The notes beneath the pieces are model-generated. The model did no database searches. It had not been told where the DNA came from and saw nothing but the letters and a program-made list of their open reading frames with translations. A DNA stretch of 64,000 bases from Malacoraja senta (taxonomy: Eukaryota): assembly GCA_038087875.1 (NCBI GenBank), contig CM076001.1, positions 1,798,001 to 1,862,000 on the forward strand, given 5' to 3'. The translations under genes and the position numbers were made by a program. This document shows, one piece after another, positions 38,790 to 51,200 of the stretch; positions within the stretch are counted from its first letter, which is position 1, and each line of letters begins with the position of its first letter.

Positions 38790-39075
38790 AGTAGGTGCAG
38801 GAAGAAGCCATTCAGCCCTTCGAGCCAGCACCGCGTGGATGTACTCGTGGAAACAAATGTTATTATGTCTGGCTGTGGCAGCTTTGACAGTCCGGAATCG
38901 CCTTCCAGAGGGAAGTGAGATAAAGAGATGGTGCCAGGGTGAGGGGGGGTCAGAGAGGATCTTTCCCGCTCGCTTCCTGGACCTTGCAGTGTACAGTTCG
39001 TCAGTGGGAGGAAGGTTGCAGCCAATAACCTTCTCAGCTGATCGCACGATTCAGCTGCAGCCTCCGGATGTCACA
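38790..39075 (-). mobile_element. Rex1/Babar fragment plus CR1 UTR stub inside the L1
   Basis: RSAEKVIGCNLPPTDELY...SGRRFRTVKAATARH. Confidence 0.75.
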
Positions 39076-40199
39076 TAATATTGTGTGATGTTGTATAATA
39101 TGTTGCAATAATGTTATGCATCCATGCCTTTCGTTTACATTTAAATACTTGTTCACATTTGATGTGTGTTTACATTTAGACACTTGTTTACTCCTGTTCA
39201 ACTTACATTAGTTCATCTTCTTTGCAATTTTCCTTTTATACGCAGGGGGGATTTAACTTGTTTAAATTGTTGTGTGACAATACCTTATTATGCACTAATA
39301 TAAGGACCTCAAAATATATTGCGGTATATTGGTGTTTATATATTTTTGAAGTGGTCTTTTCATGTACATCTTTTTAGTCTACATGAGGTAATATTTCATT
39401 AAACCGATATGGGATATTCTTATTATTAGTTGTGCCTTTTATTACACATTTAGAGGTCTGTGGGAGTTATTTCTTAGGGTTGGCTTAGTTTATTCTCCGA
39501 GTTGTTGCCACGGTTATGAGGCAACACTAGTTTTCTCGTTTCTTACACTGGAGTCTCCCTTTTGGAGACTTTTCTTGGTGTGTGTGTGGGTGCTTGTGTA
39601 TGGGGGTTTGTTTATGTGTGGGCGTGGGGGTGGGGCAGACATCCTGGCTTTCTTCGGATCCATTTGCTTTCTTCATTTACATATAAATGTGTTCTGCTAA
39701 TTTGAATCCCAGCAGTCTTGGTCCTGGCACACCTATTCGTTTTCCCATTTGGAACATACGTGGTATGGCGAATCCTATTAAAAGATCCAGGGTTTTCAGT
39801 CACCTGAAAGGGCTTAACTCAGCCATAGTATTTTTGCAGGAGACTCACCTTAGACTTAAAGATCATCATAGGCTGTAGTCCTCTTGGATAGGTCAGGTCT
39901 GCCACTCCAAATTTAATTCTAAAGCACGAGGGAATTCTATTTTAAATAATAAATTAATTCAATTTTTATCTACTGATGTTATTGCTGATAAAAATTGTCG
40001 ATATCTTATAGTTACGTCCATTAATGCAAACAAAGGTGTTGTTAGTAAATGTCTATGCACCTAACTTTGATGATGCTGAATTCTCTAATAGATTACTTAG
40101 TAATATACCTCATTTAAATACCCATTTGTTAATTTTTGGAGGTGATCTGAATTGCATGTTCGACCCAAAGCTAGATCGTTCTAGTCCCCGCACGTTATC

Positions 40200-41238
40200 T
40201 AGCAATGTTACAAAATTTTGAGATTTAAAAAATAAAGTCTGCAATTTATCCCATCAGATAAAGCATAAAAAGAAGTTTAATTTGACACTGAATTCACTTT
40301 CATACCTTCAGTATTAAAAAAGTTATGGCCATTATCATACTCAGAAATTAGCATCTAGTTCCCTATTGCTTTTCCATTGACTTAACACAAAAGCTGTGAT
40401 CGAGGACAGTTAAAAGCCCATAACTTTCTTAAAAATTATGGTAACTGAAAGAAATTTTCAGGTATTATAGATTGAAGCATTCTGAAACAAATATGAAACA
40501 ATCTTACTTCGAAGACATGAAAGTAAAGCATATAATTAGTTAGGTACCTAATTGTAGCTAATTACAAAATTCAATTACTAGATCTAAACATCTATCAATT
40601 TCTTAAGAATAGATTAACATTTTTAAATAGCCTAAGTGTCCAAATAACATTCACACAATAATTCACAATATAACATAATTTTTAAATCTAATTTTCATGA
40701 ATTTACAGGCCAAATGGAAGGAATTGAATGTTTAATACCTGTAAATTAATGGGGATTTAATTCATCTTGCGAGTGAGGATTACTGGAACGCGATCTTTTG
40801 GAACGTTCATTTGCGGTGAATTTAACCCCGTATTGGCATGAAAAATACTGCCGTTAATTCGGGGAATAAAATCACCGTGTCGCATGACAAAATGTGAATT
40901 AAAGGCTTCTTAAGAAGCACTTTTATACATTTAAAGAAAGCACTTTTGTTTACCTGTCCATTGTGTGAAATCCGTCCCCGTTATTGGCGTTGACGCTTCA
41001 GGAGCTGCTTTTAAAATGACTCTAGCGCTGACATTGACGATTTAATTTTAAAAAAAAATTCACAAATCGCCGGTAGGAACGATTTTGTCAGCGAAGTTTT
41101 GTACTCCAACAAAATATTTCCAGGACAAGGGAGAAACCCGCGTTTTAACCCCGCCCCCCCCTTAAAGGCGCCAAAATCGCGCACACGGCCAGTGGCAGAA
41201 TTACAGCGCGACTGAAGGTAAGTTTTGTAACATACCTA
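40200..41238. mobile_element. Non-autonomous TIR DNA transposon (hAT-like) inside L1 ORF2
   Basis: TIRs TAGCAATGTTACAAAATT / AAGTTTTGTAACATACCTA. Flanks CGTTATC / CTTTATC. L1 coding resumes on both sides. Confidence 0.7.
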
Positions 41239-41668
41239 CTTTATCCCAATCAGCTATGTCTAAACCTTGTTCTGATTTTATGACCCAGAGTGGTATGGTT
41301 GACCCTTGGAGACTTCGTAATCCCTCACCCAAAAAGTTATCTTTCTTTTCTCAGGTTCATCAATCATATTCAAGAATAGATTATTTCTTTATAGATAATA
41401 GTCACAACTCATGTGTTGTTTCCTCGGATTATTCAAATATTCTAATATCTGATCATGCACCATTATTGCTGTGTTATCCATACAGAAATATACCCCCCCC
41501 CCCTTTGGAGTTTCAACTCATTGTTGTTGGCTGATAAAACATGTTGTGAATTTGTTACATACTCAACTGATGAGTGTTCTTCTTTAACCAGAGTTAAACT
41601 ACATCTTTTTCATTGATTTGGGAGTCGCTGAAAGCTTTTTCTAACAGGGCAGATTATTTCATATTCCT

Positions 41669-42526
41669 CGGGTATGGCTGCCCAACCTGCAACTGTCCGT
41701 CCTTTCATCTTAAAAAAAAAAAATTTAGTACGTTAAAAAGTTTCGTTTTGGAGATCTAATCTTGTTTTATGTGGGGAAGACTGCATTTCTCAGTCCCTAC
41801 CTGGTCGGAGATGCGGTATTCCTCCGAGCCGTATCTTCGACCTCTCCCCGCGGCGTACCTACGGGACTGGAGCGGCGTCTCCTGCCGGGAACGGCCGGCC
41901 AGAATTTCAGCTTCGGCGGCGGCGCAGCGCTGAAGGACCATTGCGGAACGGGCGATGCCTTACCCGGGTCGCCGTATGGTAAGCTCCGGAGTGCTGAGAC
42001 CGCCGACTCCAACATCGCGGAGCTGCGGAGTCTGCGGAGCTTCCAGTTGCGGCGGCGCTGGATTTGAACACCTTGGAGCCTGGAATCTTTCGCCAGATCG
42101 CCAGTGTCGGAGCTCCGACCAGCGCGGCCTATGGACCTCGGGAGCCGCTGTCTCGGGCAGCAAGCGGCCGTTCCAGACACTCCAAACCGCTGAAGAGTGT
42201 TCTCCCGACGTCGGAGTTCCATCTTCCGGCGAGAGGGCCTGAAAAATCGGGCCGCCCTTGCGGCGACTGCGGAGGCCTCAAATAGGCCCCGAGTACGGGT
42301 TGAACAAGAGGAAAAGGACTGGACTTTGATGCCTTCCCTCACAGTGGGAACTATTGTGGGGGGGATGCTTTTATGTTTTATGTTCAATTCTTCTTTAATA
42401 TGGTGTCTTACTTTCATGGTGTGCTGCAAATGGCAACTCAAATTTCACTACCCCAGAAATGGTGTATGTGACAATAAATGTCCTTTGTCCTTTGTCCTTT
42501 GTCCTTTGTCCTTGTCCTATTCTAAT
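41669..42526 (+). mobile_element. GC-rich non-coding retroposon with (TGTCCTT)n tail inside the L1
   Basis: Interrupts L1 ORF2 at TATTC. Homologous to 24150-24905. Confidence 0.65.
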
Positions 42527-43371
42527 TTTAAAAAACGCAATACCAGGCTTGCTGAGCTTACATCTGCTATTAATAGCCTCGATCAAGAAAGTCCATCCGA
42601 TCCTTCTCCAGAACTATTTAAGAAGCGTCTTAATCTTCAGGCGGAGTTTGATCTTATTTCATCGAGAAGTGCTGAGCGATTGTTGTTACAAATTCGTGCT
42701 ACTTATTATGAACATGGTGATAAAGCAAACCGATTACTAGCACACCAAATTAAAACGTCAGTTCACCTCACGTCTTATACCTCAAATTAATAATGTTTCT
42801 AACACGACTGATACGGATCCTGCGGCAATTAATGCCACATTTAAATCATTTTATTCTTCCCTATACAAATCAGAATTCCCTGCTGATTCCACCGAAATGA
42901 ATCAGTTCCTCGCCAATCTTGAGAATCCTACCATTGATTCTGACCGTACAAAAAAATTGTATGCTCCACTTTCCCGTGAAGAGCTACGTTTTGCAATTAC
43001 AGCAATGCAGTCTAATAAAGGCCCAGGTCCTGATGGATTTCCAATAGAGTTTCTAAAGACATTTATTGATAAATTGGCACCTCTACTTTTGTTGATGTTC
43101 AATGAATCTTTGAAAAATGGCTTGTTACCTCCCACACTGACAGAAGCTTCGATAGTTCTTCTTTTAAAGAAAGATAAATACCTCACTTCCCGTGGTTCTT
43201 ATAGACCTCTGTCTATGCTGAATGCTGATGAAAAGGTTTTGGCCAAAATCATTGCTTTCCGTCTAGAGAGGGTTTTGTCTAATATTATTTCTGAGGAACA
43301 GAATTGCTTTATTAAGGGTCGCCATTTATTTTTCAACACTCGTACACTTTTAAATATTATTCATTCAACAC

Positions 43372-43560
43372 ATTCAAGATACAAGGTACAAGATACATTT
43401 ATTTGTCACATGTACCAATTGGTACAGTGAAATGTGTGGTCACCATACAGCCATACGACTAATAAAGAGCACAGAACACGATGGTCTTTAACACACACAT
43501 CCCCACACAGCGGGATCAAAGTATTCCACTGTGAGAGAAGGCTCCAAAATTCTCATAATT
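43372..43560 (-). mobile_element. Short 3' fragment of the same retroposon superfamily inside the L1 RT
   Basis: CCTTCTCTCACAGTGGAA motif and an (ATCTTGT)-like tail. Confidence 0.55.
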
Positions 43561-45705
43561 TACCTGAGATTGTAATCTAATTAGATGCTGTGAAGGCATT
43601 CAATAGCGTTGAGTGGTGGTACCTATTCGCGGTGTTGAAGACATTTGGTTTTGGAGATAAATGTATCAGTTGGGTAAGATTCCTGTATGCATCGTCACAA
43701 GCTAATGTTCAAACAAATGATATTCGTTCTGAATACTTTGCACTAGAACGTGGGACACGTCAGGGCTGCCCTTTATCTCCATCTCTCTTCGCTTTGGCTA
43801 TTGAACCACAGGCCATTTCTTTAAGGTCCTCCACTTCCTTTAAAGGTGTTATTCGCAATCTAATGTCGTTTATCTCTGTATGCGGATGATTTGTTGCTGT
43901 ATGGAACTGATCCTGCATCTTGTCTTCCTGGTATTCTATCAATTAAGGATATTTTCGTTCTTTTTCAGGATATAAACTAATCCTTCAAAAGAGCGAATGT
44001 TACCCCATTAACGCAGCAGGTTTGCAACTTCAGGAAGCTGATTTACCATTTATAATCTCTCGTTCTGGATTCAAGTATCTTCGCATCAATGTGACGCGTA
44101 CATTCTCAGGCCTTTTGTCTGACAACTTTACCCTGCTCATGACTAAAGTGAAATCTGATTTTCAGAGATGGAATAAGCTGCCTCTCTCTTTAATTGGGAA
44201 GATTACTGTTGTTAAAATGAATGTTTTGCCTAAATGTATTTATTTGTTTCAATAAATTCCCTTATTCTTACCAAAACATATCTTTGACTCATTAGACAAA
44301 ATGATTAGCCTTTTATTTGGGGCGCGAAGCCCCCGAGGGTCCGTAAATCATTAATCCAACGAGGTAAGTTCAGTGGAGGTCTCGCTTTACCGAACTTTCA
44401 ATTCTACTACTGGGCTACTTACATTCATAAAATTCGTTGTTGGGTTGATTTTCCATATTAAGCTTGGTGCGAACTGGAAGCCCGCTCTTGCCCTCCTTCA
44501 TCTTCTATATCTGCTCTTATATATTCCTCTCTTCCAACCAAGATGTCATTGTTTATCAAAAATCCTGTTGTGCTTAATATTTTAAAGATTTGGTATCAAT
44601 TCAGGAAACATTTCAAATTTGTAGCTGCGTCTCCTTTAGGTCCAGTATGTAACAATCACCTGTTTCCTCGATCACATGTGTATTCCGTTTTTTTCGGTAT
44701 GGCATAACAAAGGTATACATTGTTTTCTTGATCTGTTTTCAGGTGGTATTTTTAACAGCTTTAACAATTTATCATCATTTTGTTGATTACCAGCAAATGA
44801 TTTTTTTAGATACTTCCAAGTTAGACACTTTGTTTCTAAATATTTTCTAAATTTCCCTCTTCACCTCCACGACACATGTGGGATAGATTGCTTATTTAAA
44901 GTTATACACAGGGTCCATTTTCCCAAATCAAGACTGTTTGGGATTTATCCAGAGGTGGAGGATAAATGTGATAGATGTTCGGGCCCACACTGTCATCTGA
45001 GCCATATGTTTTTCCTTTGTCCACGATTACATAATTTTTGGTCGAGCTACTTTATTATAATGTCTAACGTAATGGAAATACCTCTACAGCCCTGTCCATT
45101 GATTGCCATATTTAGGGCCCTGGGTGAGTCAGGTCGATTAAACTCTGTGCAATTTTTTAAAATAAATTTTACATCTTTGATAGCCAGACGTCGCCTACTC
45201 CTAGTGAAAAATCCGTAACCCACCCTCTGTGTCACAGTGGCCCAAAGATGTAATGTTTTTCCTTAAACTTGAGAAAATTAAATATACATTGAGGGGATGC
45301 ACTGATAATGTTTCTCACAAATGGCAACCTTTATTTTTTTATCATACTTTACAGACTTGCAGGTTCTGCCAGACGAAGGGCTGGTTTGTTAAATGTTGCT
45401 ATGTGTAGGTGCACTCTTCACTCTTAATTAGCCATGGTGGGATGGGTGGGGTGTGTGACTGATGATATGGTTGCATTATATATAATAATTATTTTAAATA
45501 ATTTAAAAATATATATATTTCTATTTATATGATGTTTCTGTTTATTTTTGTATTTTTCTTTTGTGTGTTATTTGAGTGTTTCTTATTAACATGCCTTTTT
45601 TTCATTTTTGTGTTGATTTATTTAAAATTAACAATTACAAAATTAAAAAAAAACACAAAAACAACCGGCGCTGTCAGAGCCGGCAGCAGCTGTAAACAGG
45701 AGAAG

Positions 45706-45744
45706 GGTTTTTGTGTGAGGACCGCCGCAGTTTCTCTCAGTGTG
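45706..45744 (-). promoter_or_regulatory. 23-RSS of the minus-strand V
   Basis: CACACTG (45744-45738), 23-nt spacer, perfect ACAAAAACC (45714-45706). Confidence 0.93.
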
Positions 45745-46179
45745 CGGATCTGTCGCGCAATAATACACCGCCGTGTCGGCGGGTTCGATGTTCTCGATGA
45801 TGAACTGGCTGCGCTTGTCAGCAGGTGAAAAATATAATTTAAAACGACCATTGATCTCTCTCCCAACCGCTCTTCGCCTGATTACCCTTTCTAGCCCTTT
45901 TCCACTTTTCTGTCTGTACCACTGCATGGAATAAATGTATTTCTCATAGGTGCAATTGATCCGCGTCGACTCTCCATTCCGGACAATAATCGCGGGCGGA
46001 ATCTGCGATATTCCTTCCAAGAGACAACGACCTACGGAAATACATAAAATGCGGTCGCGTAAGATTGCACAAGCGCAAATAAATATACGACCGTGTATTA
46101 TTTGGGAACTGCTCTGGCACTTACGTATCAGCAACGCGAGGAAGATGGAAAATAGATTCTGCTGCATTGGCGAAAACAT
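45745..46179 (-). CDS. Intact TCR alpha/delta-type V gene segment (leader 46179-46125, intron, V exon 46031-45745)
   Basis: Leader MFSPMQQNLFSIFLALLI, then a GTAAGT...CCGTAG phase-1 intron of 93 nt. V exon has ESTRINC, MQWYRQKSGKGLE, GRF and DTAVYYCATD, with no stops. Confidence 0.92.
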
Positions 46180-46319
46180 CTAGAGAATTGTGTTCAGAAG
46201 CAAATGACGCACCCTCGCTTCAGAGACAACCTACTGAATGAGGGTGGTAACAGTCGTCGATGACAGGAAACAGCTGCGAAAGTGTATATCACGTGGGGTT
46301 CACATCTGTGAACCCGGAA

Positions 46320-47040
46320 GAAGAAAGGAAGAAGCGGAGACAGTGGGCTGTGGGAGAGATGGGAAGGGGAGGGGAAAGAGGGAGAAAGCAAGGACTACCT
46401 GAAATTGAAAAAGTCAATGTTCATACCGCTGGGGTATAAACTACCCAAGCGAAATATGAGGTGCTGCTCCTCCAATTTGCGCTGGGACTCATCCTGGCCA
46501 TGGAGGAAGCCCAGCACAGAAAGGTCGGATTCGGACTGGGAGGGGGAGTTGAAGTGCTGAGCCATCGGTGGAACAGGTTGGTTATTGCGAACTGAGCGGA
46601 GGTGTTGGGCTAAGCGATCGCCAAGCCGATGCTTGGTCTCATCGATGTAGAGCAGCTGACACCTAGAGCAGCGGATGCAATAGATGAGGTTGAGAAGATG
46701 CAGGTGAACTTCTGCCGGACCTTAAAAGACTGGAGTCTAGCGGGAGGTAAAGCGACAGGTGAATCATTTCCTGCTGTTGCAAGGGAAAGTACCGGGGAGA
46801 GGGTGTTTTTTGTGTGAAGAGACGAATTGACCAGGGACTTACGGAGGGAGCGGTCTCTGCGGAAAGCCGAAAGGGGAATAGATGGAAAGATGTGGCCAGT
46901 GCTGGGATCCCGTTTGATGTGGCGAAAATTTCGGAGGATTATCTATTGTATGTCACGGCTGGTAAGGTGGAAGGTAAGGACAAGAGCGATTCTGCCATTG
47001 TTACGAGTGTGGGATGGGGAGTGAGAGCAGCTACGGGATA
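46320..47040 (-). mobile_element. Penelope-like element 3' part (linker + GIY-YIG endonuclease), degraded
   Basis: RIALVLTFH...RDP linker, and LLYI.ETK...HLRSVRN...AQHFNS...RKLEEQHLIFRLGSL motifs. Confidence 0.85.
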
Positions 47041-47151
47041 TAGAAGAGACCCTGCTGAGAGCAGAGGCACACGACGCCAGGCACACAAACAAGGCAAGAA
47101 GGTCCTGCTCACTCATGGTGTGTAACCGGAACCCGACCTTTCGATGAAACT

Positions 47152-47363
47152 TGTAGATGATATGTGCATGTACCTTTAACATAGTGACCTCACCACTCCT
47201 AACCTCTCCCCACATCATCAGTATAATTACAATCTTCCCACCCAGTTCTCTCTCTGTGGTTCCAGTGACAGACCACGGACAGCTAGGGCAGAAACGTATG
47301 TGTATAATGTGTAGTATGAATAACCAGAAGTAAAGAAACAGTGCGTTATGACACATCTTTACA
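47152..47363 (+). repeat. 5' LTR
   Basis: 7 mismatches to the 3' LTR over 212 bp, counted by eye. Confidence 0.97.
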
Positions 47364-47454
47364 TGGTGTCAGCCTGGTACCTATGCGCCTCCTGTTTATC
47401 GGGTTTTCTTTCTTTTGAACCGTTTTCCTATTTTGTTCTTTTATCTCCCGTGCC

Positions 47455-48200
47455 ATGGCCACTTCTTGCCGTAAGTTCGATACGCTCGTTTTCGACTCGG
47501 ACATTGTCCATCGGTGGGGTGTCTTTAGACGTGATTTTCAACACTACGTCACGATCGCCCACGTTGCTGCCACCGCTGCTACTCAGGCTTCCCTGCTTCT
47601 CAACCTGGCTGGTCCTGATGCCCTGGAACGGGCTGAGTCGTTTGTCTATGCTGTTGGTGAAGATGCTCGGGACCCGGAATGTCTTATGGCTAAGTTTACC
47701 GCGATGTGCGACATCCCCACTAACTGTATCCTAGAGCGTTTTAAAATGTTCACCCGGCGTCAGCTCCCAGGAGAGTCAATCGGTAGCTACATCGCTGCGC
47801 TGCGTCTCCTGGCCAGGCGTTGCAGCCTGGACACGCTGACCCCCGATCAACTGACCCGGGACATTTTAGTGTATGGTCTTCAAGATTAAAAACTGAGGGC
47901 TGAACTTCTGCGGAAGCACGACCTGTCTTTAACCGATGCTCTACACGCCTCCGGCATGGCTGAGGCTGTCGCCTCGGCGGTGTCGTCTGCTGATCATGAC
48001 ATTAACTTCTCCAGTGTTGCCGGTCGCCAGCGAAACGCTGGCCCGCAACGACAACGGGGGTCCACCGCGTCAGGGGGTAGCAGCCCACAGCGGTGCCCCA
48101 ACTGCAACTTTACCCTCCACCAGTCTAATGTGTGCCCTGCACTGAGGAAAACGTCTAACTTTTTGCAGGAAATTAAACCATTTCTCTGCAACCTGTCGCT
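47455..48200 (+). pseudogene. Gypsy gag with CCHC knuckle
   Basis: ORF 47455-47889, then CPNCNFTLHQSNVC. Contains a stop and a frameshift. Confidence 0.8.
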
Positions 48201-48232
48201 CCCGTGGGAAGCCAATTGCTGCTCCTCGCCGA

Positions 48233-51200
48233 ATGTTAAACAACCTTGCTCGACCTGATAGCGCACTTGGATCAGAGTATGTCGAACTCCCTTTGTCTGA
48301 TTCGAGTTCCTCCCAGGGGGAGAACAGCATATTTTCGGTGTTGGATGCACCTGCTCTGATAACGAACCCCTCGGTTCACGTTACTCTCAACGGCTCGACC
48401 TTCACTGCCAAGCTCGACACGGGGGCTGCGACCAATGTTATGTCAATAGGCCTCTTCAAGAAGATAAGGTCTGGTGAGAAAATCACTCCCGCTCACTCCC
48501 TTTTGCATGCATATGGGGGAGCCGAGCTCGTTCCAGTGGGGAGCGCTACCCTGCACTGCAAGGTTCTGCATGCCGCTCAGCCCCTCACTTTTTAGATACT
48601 GGATACCAACGGCATCACCCTTTTGGGTGCCCAGGCGTGCCAGGACCTCGGCTTGGTCTCTTTCCACCGCGATAATAATAATAATAATAATGGATGGGAT
48701 TTATATAGCGCGTTTCTAATACTCAAGGCGCTTTACATCGCATTATTCATTCACTCCTCAGTCACACTCGGTGGTGGTGGTGAGCTACTTCTGTAGCCAC
48801 AGCTGCCCTGGGGCAGACTGACGGAAGCGTGGCTGCTAATCTGCGCCTACGGCCCCTCCGACCACCACCAATCACTCACACACATTCACACACATTCACA
48901 CGCAGGCAAAGGTGGGTGAAGTGTCTTTCCCATGGACACAACGACAGTATGCACTCCAAGCGGGATTCGAACCGGCTACCTTCCGGTTGCCAGCCGAACA
49001 CTTAGCCCATTGCGCCATCCACCAGGTGCGGACCCTTATGGACCCCCTGCACGAATACCCTGACCGTTTTGATGAAAAGCTGGGCAAGGTGCTACAAGAT
49101 CGTTGTCGACCGCGGTGTTGAACCCGTGTTCCGTCCACCACACCGCGTCTCCTTCGCCATGAAGGACAATGTGGAGTCAACGCTGCTCGACATGGTTACC
49201 ATGGGCATCCTGAAGGAGGTGAGCGAACCCACCCGGTGGGTCTCAACCATGGTTGTTGCGGCGAAAAAGGACAAGAGTGAAATTCGCATTTGCATCAACC
49301 CCAAAGACCTGAACCTTGCCATCAGACGCCCTCATTACCCCATGCGAACAGTGGAGGACGTCGCTGCGCAGGTTGGCCCGGCCACTGTCTTCTCGGTTCT
49401 CGATGCCAAGAGCTCCTTCTGGCAGATACCGCTGGAAGACTACTTGACTACCTTCGGCACACCTTTCGGCAGGTACCGATTCCTCCGCATGCCATTCGGG
49501 ATCAACTCTGCCAGCGAGGTATTCCAGCGGACGATGGAACAGCTGTTCATCGGTCTGCCGTGTGCCATCATCGTTGACGACATCCTGGTCTACGGTAAAG
49601 ACGTTGCTGAGCACGATCTCCACCTCCGTCGAGTCCTGAACCGGGCCCGCGAAATCAACCTCAAACTAAACCCAAAGAAGTGCCGGTTCCGCGTCCCGGA
49701 GGTCACCTACGTGGGCCACGTTTTTACCGCATCGGGGCTAAAGCCCGACCCGCAGAAGACAGCTGCGGTCTCCGATATGTCTTCGCCCACCGACGTGGCC
49801 AGCCTACAACGTTTCCTGGGCATGGTTAATTACTTGGGGAAGTTTATCCCCGACATCAGCGAGCTGAGCGCGCCCCTGAGGGAGTTGATCAACAAGGACA
49901 CTGCCTGGGTTTGATTCCCGCATCACCAGACAGCTTTTGACGTCCTGAAGTCCAGGCTGGCCAGTGACCCCACTCTCCAATTCTTCGATCTGCACCGCGC
50001 CATTGTTCTTACCTGCGACGCCTCCAAGTTCGGTCTTGGTGCTGCCTGTCTGCAGCTCCGCGATGGCCTGCAGCTGCCTGTTTCCTACGCGTCCCGCACC
50101 ATGACTCCTGCCGAGCAGCGCTATGCTCAGATAGAGAAGGAGCTGCTTGCTGTGGTGTTTGCCTGCTCCAAGTTCAAGGACTATATCCTGGGCAACAGTT
50201 TCACGATCGAAACCGACCATCAGCCGCTGGTCTCTATCCTCAATAAGCCCATCCACGTTGCCGCTTCCCGGTTGCAGCGCATGATGCTACAACTCCAACG
50301 CTTTACGTTTAAAATTGTGTATTGCAAGCGCAAGGACATGTTCGTGGCAGACACGCTGTCCCGCGCGCCACTAACGTCCACTGATCGCCACCCATATGAA
50401 TCATCCGACCTGATGGTGCTTAACGTCAACATCGTGCCTTCCCAGCAAATGCAGTCCCTGATCAGCAACACTGCCAAGGACCCTGCCCTGCAGCAGCTTG
50501 CCGACGTCATCAGGCAGGGTTGGCCAGAGTGTCGTTCATCCTTACCGCCTGGAGTCGTGCCCTACTTCCTGGTCCGTGACGAGCTCGTGCTGCACGACGG
50601 CGTGGTCGTGAAGGGACACAAGGTGGTTGTGTCTGCTGCCCCGCGGGAACAATACTTTCATACCGCCCACGGCGGTCATCCTGGGGCCGATGCCACCCTG
50701 TCTCAGGCCCAGAGTTTGTTCTACTGGCCCGGCATGGCCCAAGACATCCGGGAGAGGGTCACCGCTTGCTCTGTCTGCAATAGCCTCGCTCCCCATCAGC
50801 AACGGCAGCCGCTTCTGCAACAGCCTGCCCCCGAGCTGCCCTGGATGACCGTCGCCGCTGACATTTTTGAGTGGCGTGGAAAGCATTTCCTGGTTCTTGT
50901 GGGCTCATACTACAGCTGGTTCGAGGTGGACCAGCTGCACTCCCTAACCTCTTCGGCCGTTATCGGCAAGCTGCGCCGCCACTTCGGAACCCATGGCACC
51001 CCGGCAAGTCTTCAAGCGGACAACGGCGGCCAGTTCTCGAGCGCAGAATTTCGGAGTTTCGCTGCCAGTTGGAACTTCGGACACTACACCAACAGCCCGG
51101 AGTACCCACAAAGCAACGGATTGGCGGAGCGCGCTGTCCGCAGTGCTAAGGACTTGCTGGAACATTGTAGACTGTCCCATTCTGATTTTTACTTGGCCCT

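Larger units (their letters stand above)
37704..45653 (+). mobile_element. Full-length decayed L1 (fish-type) with nested insertions
   Basis: ORF1 from 37865 (RRNNIRIVGVPEE, LERTHR). ORF2 has APE (WNIRG, FLQETH), RT (GPDGFP, RGTRQGCPLSP) and CCHC (CDRC...HMFFLC), then an A tail. 17-bp TSD CACAAAAACAACCGGCG at 37687-37703 and 45654-45670. Confidence 0.93.

Noticed and set aside
42348-42358. Perfect CACAGTG heptamer
   Set aside because: Part of the retroposon 3' motif, with no nonamer at 12 or 23 nt.
41797-42441. 214-aa and overlapping GC-rich ORFs (also 24326-24767)
   Set aside because: Stop-poor GC-rich repeat sequence with no recognisable domain.
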